From an uncultured virus (IMG/VR IMGVR_UViG_3300028591_000172) (lineage: Duplodnaviria > Heunggongvirae > Uroviricota > Caudoviricetes), in IMG/VR virus record IMGVR_UViG_3300028591_000172: a DNA stretch of 64,000 nucleotides; one strand, 5' to 3'. The notes beneath the pieces were generated by a model. It had not been told where the DNA came from, did no database searches, and worked only from the letters and a program-made list of their open reading frames with translations. Below, piece by piece: positions 38,962-48,913 of the stretch (position 1 is its first letter; each line of letters begins with the position of its first letter). The position numbers were made by a program, and so were the translations under genes.

Positions 38962-41392
38962 CTCCTTTCTTAAATAAATTACTCACTTTAATAACAGTAG
39001 CGAGTGCCTGTCTAGAAAGCAAAAGCTTACCATTGCTAACAGAGAGGAACATCCTCTTGTTAACATCGGTCTTAGGGAAGAATTCACTAGGTCTAGCACC
39101 ATTAAGCCATGTGACTTTATGATCATCAAGTTTACGCAACAACTTGAGAAGATTTTCAGTATCATTACAATCGAATGATAAAGTTCCTGCTAAGAATGTA
39201 ATGAGAACTTTGTCAAGGTCAACATCAATGTCACCATTGTTATCTGAAGCAAGAGCGGTATTGAAATGTTCAATACATACATCACCAATCATAAATGATG
39301 GATGGAAGTATTCTTTACAGACTTTACATTGCTTCACATAATCAGGAAGTTCCTTAAAGTATTTAATACCAGAAGGCATAAAGACTTTAAATGCTGACTT
39401 GAAGTTGACACATGTTCCATCTTCAGCAGTAACAAAGTCATTGAGTTGTTCGACTTCGGACAAATCAAAAGACTTTGATTCGCCATCAACATTGATGGTT
39501 ACCAAATCACTTGGATGGACTTTCTTACCATTATGAATGATAAGTTCTTTAGAACATTTTGGACAAATGCCACCACGAGATGTGTGTTTACCACAAATAG
39601 GACATGTGCCACGAGTGCTACTAAAGAATGAAGAAGTCCAGCTGGTAGAACCAGCAGGTAAACCTGTATCAAATCTAGGGAATGATACAGCGTAATGAAG
39701 AGTAGGAATATATGATTGACCATCAACAATAGCACTCTTCAAATAACTTAAGGCAAAGATAGGATCATTGAATCTACCAGAAACAGGAGTAGCTTCCTCA
39801 ATAATCTTGTCAAATCCAGCAGACTCAGCAGAAACGAAACGATAACCATCTTTAGAAAAGTATTTAACTTTCCAATCCATTGTCCCATTACTAAAGTTAA
39901 ATGGAGAGAGAACTTCTTGAATAAATTCTCTAATAACTTTAGCTAAAGCAATAGACTCTTGATCTTTTGGATGACCAGGATAGAAATCATTTTGTCTAAT
40001 ACAATCTAGATTATCACCTACCCATAAAAGACATCTCTTCTTTTTAGCCCAAAGATATTGTGGAGTATCAGATAATGGTTCATAAGGAATGTAGGCAATG
40101 AAACCATTACCACACATAAATTGAAAATTACCACGATTATACATACCACTATAATCGCTACCAATACCATATCCATCTGGTAAATCGGTAAAGTTATTAA
40201 TCCAAGATTGACAACTAGACCAATTATAACCAAGAGAACAAGTGATCATATCACATGGATGAAAAGAAATAATAAAGGATTCTCTATTATAAGTTCCTTT
40301 GCAATTCTCTTGAAGTCGTGCGAAGATTTGATCAAGAGTTCCATAGTTGACTAATTCATAACCACCTTCATGACCATTAGGTCTAATCTTGATAGGAAGT
40401 TCTGAATAGAAAACAAAGGACGCTAAAGCGTTACGATAATAATTAAAATCATTATCAACAAGGCTGAATGGATTACCACTAAATCCAACTGTCAAAGCAG
40501 TTAACCAATCATAAAAACTTTTAACAAGTTTATTACAGATTGTTGTTTTGATAGGACCTCTGCCATTAGAGATTTGATTGACACGAATGCTGCTATATAA
40601 ATCAGCAAGGAAGTCATCAAAATGGTTACTAAAATAAACTTCCAAAGTAGTGAAGAATGTAGCATATCTATCACCATCATTTCTTAAAGCACTAACCTTT
40701 TCAAAAATGGAAGATGGAAGTTTATTAAATGAAATGAAAGCATTCTCATCATCAGATAATAATGAGGCAATACCTTTCATACAGAAAGCACCACGACCTC
40801 TTATTGTTTCAGAAGAAATGGAATGCTCGTCAACGAATGTGTTAATACGATTAATAGTATCAATAGAAACATAAGCATCATCATCAGTGAACTGAGTTTC
40901 AGGAGTAATGTCTCTACTTTCTAAAATCAATTCGTCAAAAGCACGAACGAAAATAGAGTAAAGAAGTGCGTGGAAACTACCAAGATATCCATCACTAACA
41001 GCAGTGAAAGGAACAACTTGTGATGGATTATAATTCCAATGGGCCCAACCACTTCTATCAAGATAATTAGGACGTGCTAATAAAGTAAGATAATCTTTCT
41101 TTGCTTCAAGAAGATTAACAGGACGCAACACTTGTTTATCAAAGTGTAAAGATAATGTGCTCCAATCCCATTCAGGTCTGAATGAGAAAGCACGAATAAT
41201 CTTATGATGATGAGACCACCATAAGTCTAAAAACGCATCAATGCCAGCATTAGATAATGTAGCATTAGCGACTTCACGACGACGTGTGAAAACGTCACGG
41301 ATGTTAGCTCTCAAAACGAGCTTCAATAATTGAGGACACTTCTCAGAATCAGTGTCAACTCTTTTGATGTTAATAATTTTAGGTTTTGCCAT
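38954..41392 (-). CDS. Large hypothetical protein with Zn ribbons
   Basis: 812 aa; ISFHPCDMITCS.G.NWSSC; several CxxC pairs. Confidence 0.75.
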   Translation of the reverse strand: MAKPKIINIKRVDTDSEKCPQLLKLVLRANIRDVFTRRREVANATLSNAGIDAFLDLWWSHHHKIIRAFSFRPEWDWSTLSLHFDKQVLRPVNLLEAKKDYLTLLARPNYLDRSGWAHWNYNPSQVVPFTAVSDGYLGSFHALLYSIFVRAFDELILESRDITPETQFTDDDAYVSIDTINRINTFVDEHSISSETIRGRGAFCMKGIASLLSDDENAFISFNKLPSSIFEKVSALRNDGDRYATFFTTLEVYFSNHFDDFLADLYSSIRVNQISNGRGPIKTTICNKLVKSFYDWLTALTVGFSGNPFSLVDNDFNYYRNALASFVFYSELPIKIRPNGHEGGYELVNYGTLDQIFARLQENCKGTYNRESFIISFHPCDMITCSLGYNWSSCQSWINNFTDLPDGYGIGSDYSGMYNRGNFQFMCGNGFIAYIPYEPLSDTPQYLWAKKKRCLLWVGDNLDCIRQNDFYPGHPKDQESIALAKVIREFIQEVLSPFNFSNGTMDWKVKYFSKDGYRFVSAESAGFDKIIEEATPVSGRFNDPIFALSYLKSAIVDGQSYIPTLHYAVSFPRFDTGLPAGSTSWTSSFFSSTRGTCPICGKHTSRGGICPKCSKELIIHNGKKVHPSDLVTINVDGESKSFDLSEVEQLNDFVTAEDGTCVNFKSAFKVFMPSGIKYFKELPDYVKQCKVCKEYFHPSFMIGDVCIEHFNTALASDNNGDIDVDLDKVLITFLAGTLSFDCNDTENLLKLLRKLDDHKVTWLNGARPSEFFPKTDVNKRMFLSVSNGKLLLSRQALATVIKVSNLFKKGGE

Positions 41393-41416
41393 ACAAAAAA
41401 ATCCTCCTATCTAAAA

Positions 41417-42574
41417 TTAAAGTTCTTCATCAATACATTGGTTACAATGTCCACAATAAACATGGTCGTCATCTTCAAAAGGAAGATTTAAACAACCACA
41501 ATAAGGACATTGAATGTATCCTTGATTAAGGAAATCAGGGACACAATCAGGACAAATATAATCGTTGTCAGGATAAACAAGAACCATTGATTCCTTATCA
41601 ACGTGTTCACCACAGAAAAAACAACGATCAATCTTGTCATCAATATAAGGTAAATCTTTTATCAAACTAAGTTGTTCGATAGATTCATCTTTCTTTGAGT
41701 GAAAACGTAATCCAGAATGTTCATAACGATTTAAAGGATTACCATAAAAATATGACGGATATGAACGACGTTCATAAACATATCTTTCTTTAAAGATATC
41801 CGACGACAAGATGTTGTTTAATCTCTTAAGAAGATAATTTACATCTTTTACAGATACATATTCATTAGCACCAGAGTGCTCATGATAGTATCCAGAAGAT
41901 AAATTAACACCAGAGATACCAAAATGTGGCATCAAGACAGAAATATCTGAGCAACTTCCAATAGCGGATTTGAAATCAAAAGCTTCAATCGCTTTAGTCA
42001 ATGACTCGTTAGCATCAGAATAACAAACAACATCTTTGTTACCACGTCTATCGATTTGAATAAACGCATTAACATCAGACAAAAAGTCAGATGGAAAATC
42101 TTTACAGAATTTATGAGAACCAAGACAACCTCGTTCTTCACCCATAAAGAAAAGAACTGATGGACGATGACCAAGTTTAAGCATTTCTAAAATAGCATAA
42201 ACACCACATCTATCATCGCCACCAATTCCTTGTTTACTAGAAATGTAAACATCAATAATCTTTTTCTTACTGTTCAGAACAGTAGAAGGAATATATTTCT
42301 TAACATCTTGATTATAGACTCTGTCCATATGAGCACAAAGACAAACAGGCATATTGCCTTTGGCATAAATATATCCCTCTTTTGGATCCCAGAATGTAAT
42401 AACATCTTCATAACCAAAAGACTTTAGAGCATCAACATTATAATGAAACAATCCTTGTTCAGTAGAACAAAGGAGAGCAATTAATAATGGATTGATGACT
42501 AAAGATTTTGGAACGGAGTCTTTATTATATTTAATAAGAGTTAGAGTTTTATTATTGTTCAACATTGATATCAC
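41417..42574 (-). CDS. M20/M28-type metallopeptidase with C-terminal Zn ribbons
   Basis: AHMD, GGDDRCG, EERG, QIDR, GYYHEH. Confidence 0.85.
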   Translation of the reverse strand: MISMLNNNKTLTLIKYNKDSVPKSLVINPLLIALLCSTEQGLFHYNVDALKSFGYEDVITFWDPKEGYIYAKGNMPVCLCAHMDRVYNQDVKKYIPSTVLNSKKKIIDVYISSKQGIGGDDRCGVYAILEMLKLGHRPSVLFFMGEERGCLGSHKFCKDFPSDFLSDVNAFIQIDRRGNKDVVCYSDANESLTKAIEAFDFKSAIGSCSDISVLMPHFGISGVNLSSGYYHEHSGANEYVSVKDVNYLLKRLNNILSSDIFKERYVYERRSYPSYFYGNPLNRYEHSGLRFHSKKDESIEQLSLIKDLPYIDDKIDRCFFCGEHVDKESMVLVYPDNDYICPDCVPDFLNQGYIQCPYCGCLNLPFEDDDHVYCGHCNQCIDEEL

Positions 42575-43364
42575 CTCCGTTATCTAAATCAATAGCAGTT
42601 GCTTCAACACCATCGAATAAACCTAATTGAACAACAGACTTACGTTTCTCTTCAGTTGAAACAACAACAAAATGAGAAGAAGTAAGAGAGAGTCGTTCTT
42701 CGGGAGTTAAAGATTTAAATAAAGAATTAAACTTGACTGAACTAATAGTCATGCAAATAGGAAGAGTTTCCCATTCATAATTCTTATTAATAATTTCATC
42801 ACGAAGACCTTCTCTTACGAAATCATTCAAAGGTTTCTTAGCGAAACGAATAGCAGGTGTCAAAGAATGATTAACCAATCTAACAATTAACTCATAAAGA
42901 TAATCGTTCTCAGATTTATTTTCACCAGTAGCATCGTTATACTCCTGAACGGTAGCGACACGATACTTAACTTCATAATAAATAAACTCTGAAGATTGAA
43001 CAACCTCAGTTGTTTCAGTAATTTCTTCTTGAGTTTGAGAATCGACAAGAGTATTGACTTGATCAGTAGTAAGTTCAATACAAATCTTATCATCGTCATT
43101 GAAGTTTCTAGATTTAAGAATCTCTTCAAGTCTTTCAATGACTGCTTCAGTTGCTTTGATTTTGTCACCAATAGCATTAGCACCGCAACTATCAAGGAGT
43201 TCTCTTAGCTGAACACCAAGAGTTTCCTTATAGTTACGAAGTTGTGCTGCTGTTACAAACACCTCATCTTCAATAGTGTTTTCATAGTCTTCAGGATCAA
43301 AACCATCGACTACCTTAGACATAGCAGCATCGTCTAAGAGTTTACTAGTAAGTTTTTTAATCAT
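42552..43364 (-). CDS. Hypothetical protein
   Basis: 270 aa; AAGGAG RBS. Confidence 0.7.
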   Translation of the reverse strand: MIKKLTSKLLDDAAMSKVVDGFDPEDYENTIEDEVFVTAAQLRNYKETLGVQLRELLDSCGANAIGDKIKATEAVIERLEEILKSRNFNDDDKICIELTTDQVNTLVDSQTQEEITETTEVVQSSEFIYYEVKYRVATVQEYNDATGENKSENDYLYELIVRLVNHSLTPAIRFAKKPLNDFVREGLRDEIINKNYEWETLPICMTISSVKFNSLFKSLTPEERLSLTSSHFVVVSTEEKRKSVVQLGLFDGVEATAIDLDNGGDINVEQ

Positions 43365-43378
43365 AAAAAATCTCCTTT

Positions 43379-44026
43379 CTAAAATGGTAAGTTATTAAAT
43401 GGAGCGTCATCACAAATGTCAGCGAAACAATCAATGAGATGAGCACCACTTTTAATCAAACGATTATTAAAAGATGGAGCGGTTGACGCAACCATATAAA
43501 CTTCAGCACCTAAATCAAGAGCGTTAGGAACAGTAACTCCAATAAACCAAGAACGAGTGTTCTCTGGATAGATTTTAGTTCCAACAATACTATGACATAA
43601 GCCTGCGGCCAATCCGTATCTATCAACAGAATCGGATTGTTTATTAAACCAAACCCTTAAACCACCACAGATATCTACCTTATTATCAGCAGTGATAAAA
43701 CATAATCTATCTGTTGGTATGTTAAAAGTGTTAGGTCCATGTAAAAAAACAAGATGGTTTTTACCATCATTGTCATCTACATGTTTTAATAAATTAATAT
43801 CACCTTCGTAATAAAGAACGAAAGGTGGCTTGAACTTTTGCTTCAACCTATTAGGATAATCAGCATCTAACATAGTGATATAATTACCATGAAAATTACG
43901 AACATATCTTTCAAGTTCTTCATCATTAGTATGATGCTGTCTAGATTGTAATTCTGAATAAACAGCGTTCCAATCATTATTGTGTTTAAGACACAAACCT
44001 AAAATAACTTGACTTCCAGTTAGCAT
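43379..44026 (-). CDS. Truncated DprA/Smf-like protein
   Basis: ITMLDADYPNRLK....PPFVLYYEGDINLL and NRLIKSGA. Confidence 0.8.
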   Translation of the reverse strand: MLTGSQVILGLCLKHNNDWNAVYSELQSRQHHTNDEELERYVRNFHGNYITMLDADYPNRLKQKFKPPFVLYYEGDINLLKHVDDNDGKNHLVFLHGPNTFNIPTDRLCFITADNKVDICGGLRVWFNKQSDSVDRYGLAAGLCHSIVGTKIYPENTRSWFIGVTVPNALDLGAEVYMVASTAPSFNNRLIKSGAHLIDCFADICDDAPFNNLPF

Positions 44027-44028
44027 AA

Positions 44029-44271
44029 TTATTTACCTCCTTTCCTTTTATATAGAACAACTTGAGGTTCTCTAACACGGATATGAGAATGATGACCTCT
44101 AAGTCCTTTATAATAGAACTCATATCCCCATTGACCTTTGCCTTGATAGATAGCATCAATCAAATAAGCACGGTCAATACCAGCAAAACCGTATACCTTA
44201 CGGAGTAAAGTAACCTTATCTCCGACGGATACTTGTTTGCCATGAACATCTAAAATAATTTCTTTTTTCAT
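44029..44271 (-). CDS. Hypothetical protein
   Basis: ORF in the operon. Confidence 0.65.
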   Translation of the reverse strand: MKKEIILDVHGKQVSVGDKVTLLRKVYGFAGIDRAYLIDAIYQGKGQWGYEFYYKGLRGHHSHIRVREPQVVLYKRKGGK

Positions 44272-44273
44272 AA

Positions 44274-44615
44274 TTATAAATCCCTTTCTCGGAGTCTTTT
44301 AAACTCAGCATAAGCTTCATCACGATAATAATCCTGTAAGAAACGTACAAAATCATAATCATTAAGACAATCATTGAAGAATCCATCATCCCAAAGAGCT
44401 CTTAAAAAATCTTCAATAGCTCCAGCTTCATTAGATGGCAAGTCATAATGAAACGCAGGATGTTCAGTTAAATAATTGAAATAATCATCAAAGATAACTT
44501 CGATAGGATATTCAAATTTAACATCGGTATCTCCATAATCAAGAACAACACCTTCTTCTACGTATTCCCAAGGAACACTAAAAGTATACTCTAATTTGTA
44601 ATCAAACTTTTTCAT
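44274..44615 (-). CDS. Hypothetical acidic protein
   Basis: AAGGAGG RBS. Confidence 0.7.
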   Translation of the reverse strand: MKKFDYKLEYTFSVPWEYVEEGVVLDYGDTDVKFEYPIEVIFDDYFNYLTEHPAFHYDLPSNEAGAIEDFLRALWDDGFFNDCLNDYDFVRFLQDYYRDEAYAEFKRLRERDL

Positions 44616-44639
44616 AGTTAAACCTCCTTCAAAATTATT

Positions 44640-44960
44640 TTACAAATCTATTTGATGCCACGAAGGATCATTACAAAGTTCATCATAATCTCGAACTTCT
44701 GCGTAATATCCTCCAGTGGAATACTTACCAATCTCTGCTAAAATTGCGGGATGAGAATTCATATGAACATTACGAACAAGATAATTTCCACCGCGGAAAG
44801 TAATGATGATGTATTCCTTAGGTTCAACACCACCATCTTTAATAAATGCTTCATATCGAACATCGATAATTTCACCGCAATCATAAGAGATAGCTTTAGA
44901 GATATTAGAAACAAAACGTTTCTTATTTCGCAATGTATTTAATAATAAAATGTCAATCAT
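44640..44960 (-). CDS. Hypothetical protein
   Basis: AAGGAGG RBS; ATGA overlap. Confidence 0.7.
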   Translation of the reverse strand: MIDILLLNTLRNKKRFVSNISKAISYDCGEIIDVRYEAFIKDGGVEPKEYIIITFRGGNYLVRNVHMNSHPAILAEIGKYSTGGYYAEVRDYDELCNDPSWHQIDL

Positions 44961-45211
44961 AAATCGACCTCCTTAAGAACTAAGTCTTGTCTATTTAATG
45001 ATGGATTATTCACATCATAAATAGAGAATGATAGCTCACCATCTTTATGGACAGGAATAAACGCATCGAAATCATAACTATCTGTTTCGATACACAAAAC
45101 CAAATCCATAAATCTATCGTAAGCTAATTCAAAATCAGAAAAGGACACCTCATAGTGTCCAACTTTTCCATCAGCAAATGTCCAATCATGGACAAGCAAA
45201 TACTTTTTCAT
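44957..45211 (-). CDS. Hypothetical protein
   Basis: GGAGGTG RBS before MKKYLL. Confidence 0.65.
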   Translation of the reverse strand: MKKYLLVHDWTFADGKVGHYEVSFSDFELAYDRFMDLVLCIETDSYDFDAFIPVHKDGELSFSIYDVNNPSLNRQDLVLKEVDL

Positions 45212-45212
45212 A

Positions 45213-45935
45213 CTAACTTTCACCTCCTTCCTCTAGTGGATTGTTAAATATGTAAACCTCACGTTCAAACCACTGGATAGTGGAATCACGTTGATTTCTG
45301 TTATTGAAATATCTCATGAGTTGATACTCTGAATCAGCAGGTTTACGTTTAACGACATCCGAAAAAGCTTTAAACTTTTCAGTGTCACCAAAAGAAAGCA
45401 AATCCAGAAGATATTTCTTTTCATCAGCAGACAAAAGAAAAATGAATGATGAACAACAAGTTCTCAAAACAGGTTGTGGACCTGCTCTATCAGGTAACAA
45501 AACTAAATAGTATTTGTTTTTGTTAAAAATCATACGATATTTCAAAACATCATCGTCGGTAAAAACATAATCGAGATAAACATAAGCGATCTCATTCTTA
45601 AAACCATCTCTAGTAACCGAAACATAATTACCAGATTTTGAATAGCGATCAATAATATAATCGCAAAGCTTATTAATAAATTGTTCTTGTGTAAATTTAT
45701 CATGACGTTCGTCATATAATTTCCAATAACCAATCATAAAATTAATAAGTTTCTTTGGATTCTTGGAACCTTTTTTGTCGTTAGCACGAATAATATCAGC
45801 CTTATCAAAAAAGATATTATTCAAAGAATTCCAACAAAGTGGATTAACTTTTCTTTTACGAGCAAGTGAACCAATAGATTCACATAACTTTAGAAAGAAA
45901 TGTTTAATCTCAGCGGTTAATTTAATTTCAGACAT
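45213..45935 (-). CDS. Hypothetical protein
   Basis: Start moved to MSEIK, which follows AAAGGAG. Confidence 0.7.
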   Translation of the reverse strand: MSEIKLTAEIKHFFLKLCESIGSLARKRKVNPLCWNSLNNIFFDKADIIRANDKKGSKNPKKLINFMIGYWKLYDERHDKFTQEQFINKLCDYIIDRYSKSGNYVSVTRDGFKNEIAYVYLDYVFTDDDVLKYRMIFNKNKYYLVLLPDRAGPQPVLRTCCSSFIFLLSADEKKYLLDLLSFGDTEKFKAFSDVVKRKPADSEYQLMRYFNNRNQRDSTIQWFEREVYIFNNPLEEGGES

Positions 45936-45948
45936 ACAAGTCTCCTTT

Positions 45949-46071
45949 CTAATACTTTGAATATTTGTTTGCTTTACGGTCAGCACGAACACGAACGTCG
46001 TTTAATTTACGACGATGTTCATGTGAACCATTGTGCTTACGAGAAGCACGTGGATTTACTTTACGTAACAT
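45949..46071 (-). CDS. 40-aa Arg/Lys-rich peptide (not in ORF track)
   Basis: AAAGGAGG RBS; MLRKVNPRASRKHNGSHEHRRKLNDVRVRADRKANKYSKY. Confidence 0.65.
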   Translation of the reverse strand: MLRKVNPRASRKHNGSHEHRRKLNDVRVRADRKANKYSKY

Positions 46072-46072
46072 C

Positions 46073-46339
46073 TTAATAGTCCTCCTTTCTTAATCTATAT
46101 TCCATACGCTTAACAAAGCGAGAATGACTTGTGATACGACGCATCATTTCTTTGCGGTAATCATTAACAGTCTTTTCACCAGACAAAATCTTTCTAAAAT
46201 AATTACCGCTAACACTAATAACCTCATCATTAAAGATGTTCTGTAAAACATAACTACCATTTGAATGAGAGTTACTATAACGATGGAAGTTTACAACTTT
46301 CCAACGTCCATCAAAAACTTTTCCGATATGTTTATTCAT
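46073..46339 (-). CDS. Hypothetical basic protein
   Basis: ORF in the operon. Confidence 0.6.
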   Translation of the reverse strand: MNKHIGKVFDGRWKVVNFHRYSNSHSNGSYVLQNIFNDEVISVSGNYFRKILSGEKTVNDYRKEMMRRITSHSRFVKRMEYRLRKEDY

Positions 46340-46345
46340 AAAAAG

Positions 46346-46927
46346 TTATTCATCCATTTCAACGACAGTTTCGTTACCTTTTTTATCGTAAATAATAACT
46401 TTATTAATGGTAGTGGAACAAATAATTTCACGCTTGAAAAATTTAAACGACACATAAAGATTTTTATTTAAGAAAGAAATTATTTCACCAATAGAGTGAG
46501 TGATAAAATCCATCTTCTCATCACTCCAATAAAAATCATTAAGATGTGTCTTAAAAAATTTCCAATCCCAAATTTGTAAACATGGAAGAGTAGCATTAAC
46601 TTTACGTTGAAATTCCGCATCGGAAAAAAGTAAATGGAAATCATTCAAATAAAGTTTAGATAAATCTTTTGAACTATCGTAAATATGAATTTCAACCTCA
46701 AGATTGAAATTAGAGTTAACGACATATTCAGAAACATATTCACAAATAGAAATACCTTCTTCTAAAAGAGATAATGTTTCACGAAGACTATTAATATTGA
46801 TTTCAAATTTCCCAGCAAATTCCTCAATAAGATGAGCATCTTTAATTTCGGAACCAAGTTTAATAGCATCGTCATTAGCGGCTTCTAAAAGATCAGCCAT
46901 AGGAAAATTATGTTTAATTTCAGACAT
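46346..46927 (-). CDS. Hypothetical protein
   Basis: Start moved to MSEIK, which follows AAAGGAG. Confidence 0.7.
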   Translation of the reverse strand: MSEIKHNFPMADLLEAANDDAIKLGSEIKDAHLIEEFAGKFEININSLRETLSLLEEGISICEYVSEYVVNSNFNLEVEIHIYDSSKDLSKLYLNDFHLLFSDAEFQRKVNATLPCLQIWDWKFFKTHLNDFYWSDEKMDFITHSIGEIISFLNKNLYVSFKFFKREIICSTTINKVIIYDKKGNETVVEMDE

Positions 46928-47026
46928 AACAATGTCTCCTTTCCACAATCTGTAATAACCATGTATGACACAACGACATAACGCCAAACTTTAGGCAAGT
47001 GTTGTGTCACCATTAGTAAGATTGTA

Positions 47027-47368
47027 TTAACGACTTAAGAAATACTTAACCAAATTATTTCTAACAGTTAACTCAGTTAATGTAACGACATTACCATCGA
47101 CATCAACATCGTAACTGACACTGCCATCAGATTCATCGAATAAAACGATGACAACCTTATGGCCGTGAGAAGTAACGGTAACTTCACCGACTTCTTCATC
47201 GAACGCATCAAATGCGTCTTGTAATGCTGATTCCATAGCATCGAATCTGGAAATAACAGCACGATTATTATTACGTGCTTCTTCTTCTGCCGCAGCTAAA
47301 CGATCTGCGAACAACTTAGCCGCTACGGCAAATTCGTAACGACCACAAACCTTTTCGTTTTTCTTCAT
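47027..47368 (-). CDS. Hypothetical (probably early) protein
   Basis: AAGGAG RBS. Confidence 0.7.
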   Translation of the reverse strand: MKKNEKVCGRYEFAVAAKLFADRLAAAEEEARNNNRAVISRFDAMESALQDAFDAFDEEVGEVTVTSHGHKVVIVLFDESDGSVSYDVDVDGNVVTLTELTVRNNLVKYFLSR

Positions 47369-47466
47369 AAACTTCTCCTTGTGGTTCTACCACATATTAA
47401 AAAGGTGGAATTAAATAAATAACTCCGATAAGGATTCTCATTGAGAACCCAAACCGCAACTATTTA

Positions 47467-47688
47467 TTAAGCCTTAATAAAAGCAACAAGAGTTTTAAGC
47501 ACAACTAAATCATCTAACTTTCTAGATATAGTCATGCTCTCGCTAAAAAATTCTTCATCATTATCTTTACAGGTAACGAAAAATTTCTCAGCAGTCTTAG
47601 TAATTTTAACGATGCCTTCATCATAGCCAGCTTCAAAGCATTCGCCATCTTCAGCGCAGCAGATAAAATTAATTAATAAGTTTTCCAT
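47467..47688 (-). CDS. Hypothetical (probably early) protein
   Basis: AAGGAGG RBS; first gene of the leftward unit. Confidence 0.7.
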   Translation of the reverse strand: MENLLINFICCAEDGECFEAGYDEGIVKITKTAEKFFVTCKDNDEEFFSESMTISRKLDDLVVLKTLVAFIKA

Positions 47689-47765
47689 AATTTCCTCCTT
47701 TAGGTTCTACCTCTTATGTTATGGATATATGTGAACGCAAACCATATGCGTAATCACCAAAATTC

Positions 47766-48109
47766 GAAATGTACTACAAAATACAATACTTACTTATAGA
47801 TACATTATCAGCATTTTTGAAATGTACTACGGATATTCTTATACCCGCGATAAATATATATAAGGAAAATAACATGAAGTGTAAAACATTTCACAAAAAC
47901 GTGTTGACCTAGCAAAAAATAGCCTTCTAGGAATAGCGTTTCACAAAACGTAGTACATTTCATGAAAAAACACATACTTTTGGATGCTTTTTTAGGGAAC
48001 ATTTCACGATTACTATCTTTGGATTTCGGCACACTCACACTCACAAACCACAAAATTACACAAAGTAAAATATCGTAACATATGAGGTAACAAGTATGAA
48101 ATGCACTAC
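47766..48109. repeat. Cluster of GAAATGT(ACTAC) repeats
   Basis: GAAATGTACTAC at 47766 and 47819, inverted at 47950; GAAATGCACTAC at 48098; ACATTTCAC at 47886 and 47999. Confidence 0.75.
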
Positions 48110-48707
48110 ATAAAAGATAGTAAGTGTAATGTAAGAAATAACCTACTGCTGAATGTAAGCAGCAAGTAGTCAATGAGCTCATTGTTATCACGCACGAGTA
48201 TGTATGCGTGTTTTCACGTGCATCTTGACCATCGCTTCACGAGCCAAAGTAACGGCGTCTCGATACGGTTCGGAACAGGCAATGTCACCTGATGTTCAGG
48301 GAAACTATCTTGTCCTACTCTTGCCTCGAGCAAATCATTTTCTTACGCTCATTCACTAGGTCACTCAAACGCCGTGAAGGCTTCTCGGCAGTCTAAAGCG
48401 TCGCGCGTGCGTGATATTGATAGTAGTAATCTCTAAAAGATTACGTTATATATACTGCATGTAGTTATTATGTTATCTATAGTTACTATATAGAATAGTT
48501 CTTATTAATATGTACGATATTATAAGTATAATGTTTGGACAGTGTGGTAATTTTCTACTCTGTCTTATTGATCGAGGGTACACCCCCTAACAACACTTAT
48601 AAATAACATCATACATAATTCCCTTTTGGGTATTTATAACATCATAATATAATTTCGGCATACTCAGCGTAGAATCCAAAAAAATGAAAACGACTTTAAG
48701 GAAATGA

Positions 48708-48736
48708 TTGACAAATGTCTGCGTTAATGACATAAT
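48708..48736 (+). promoter_or_regulatory. Sigma70-type promoter
   Basis: TTGACA-17-CATAAT with extended TG. Confidence 0.75.
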
Positions 48737-48913
48737 GTAATCGTGGATGACAATTCATAGTCCGAGGTGGAAATAGAGCGTCCATACCGCATCGATTAAA
48801 CTGATGTGAAGATCCAGGATTCGCTCATCTGGCGGACACGCAATCGTGCTCTATATTAATGGCGACTAGGCGTAAGTGTTGAAAGAATTAGAGAGTGCGA
48901 GAGGAAAGGATAC

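Noticed and set aside
39641..39655. GCTGG-TAGAA-CCAGC, a third copy of the hairpin motif
   Set aside because: Inside a CDS, opposite orientation and not next to an RBS; may be chance
47808..48191. 127-aa minus-strand ORF
   Set aside because: No RBS, atypical composition, overlaps the repeat/promoter cluster
48280..48310. Hammerhead ribozyme (CTGATG...GAAAC), also considered at 27836 and 48801
   Set aside because: CUGANGA core and stem II are not satisfied
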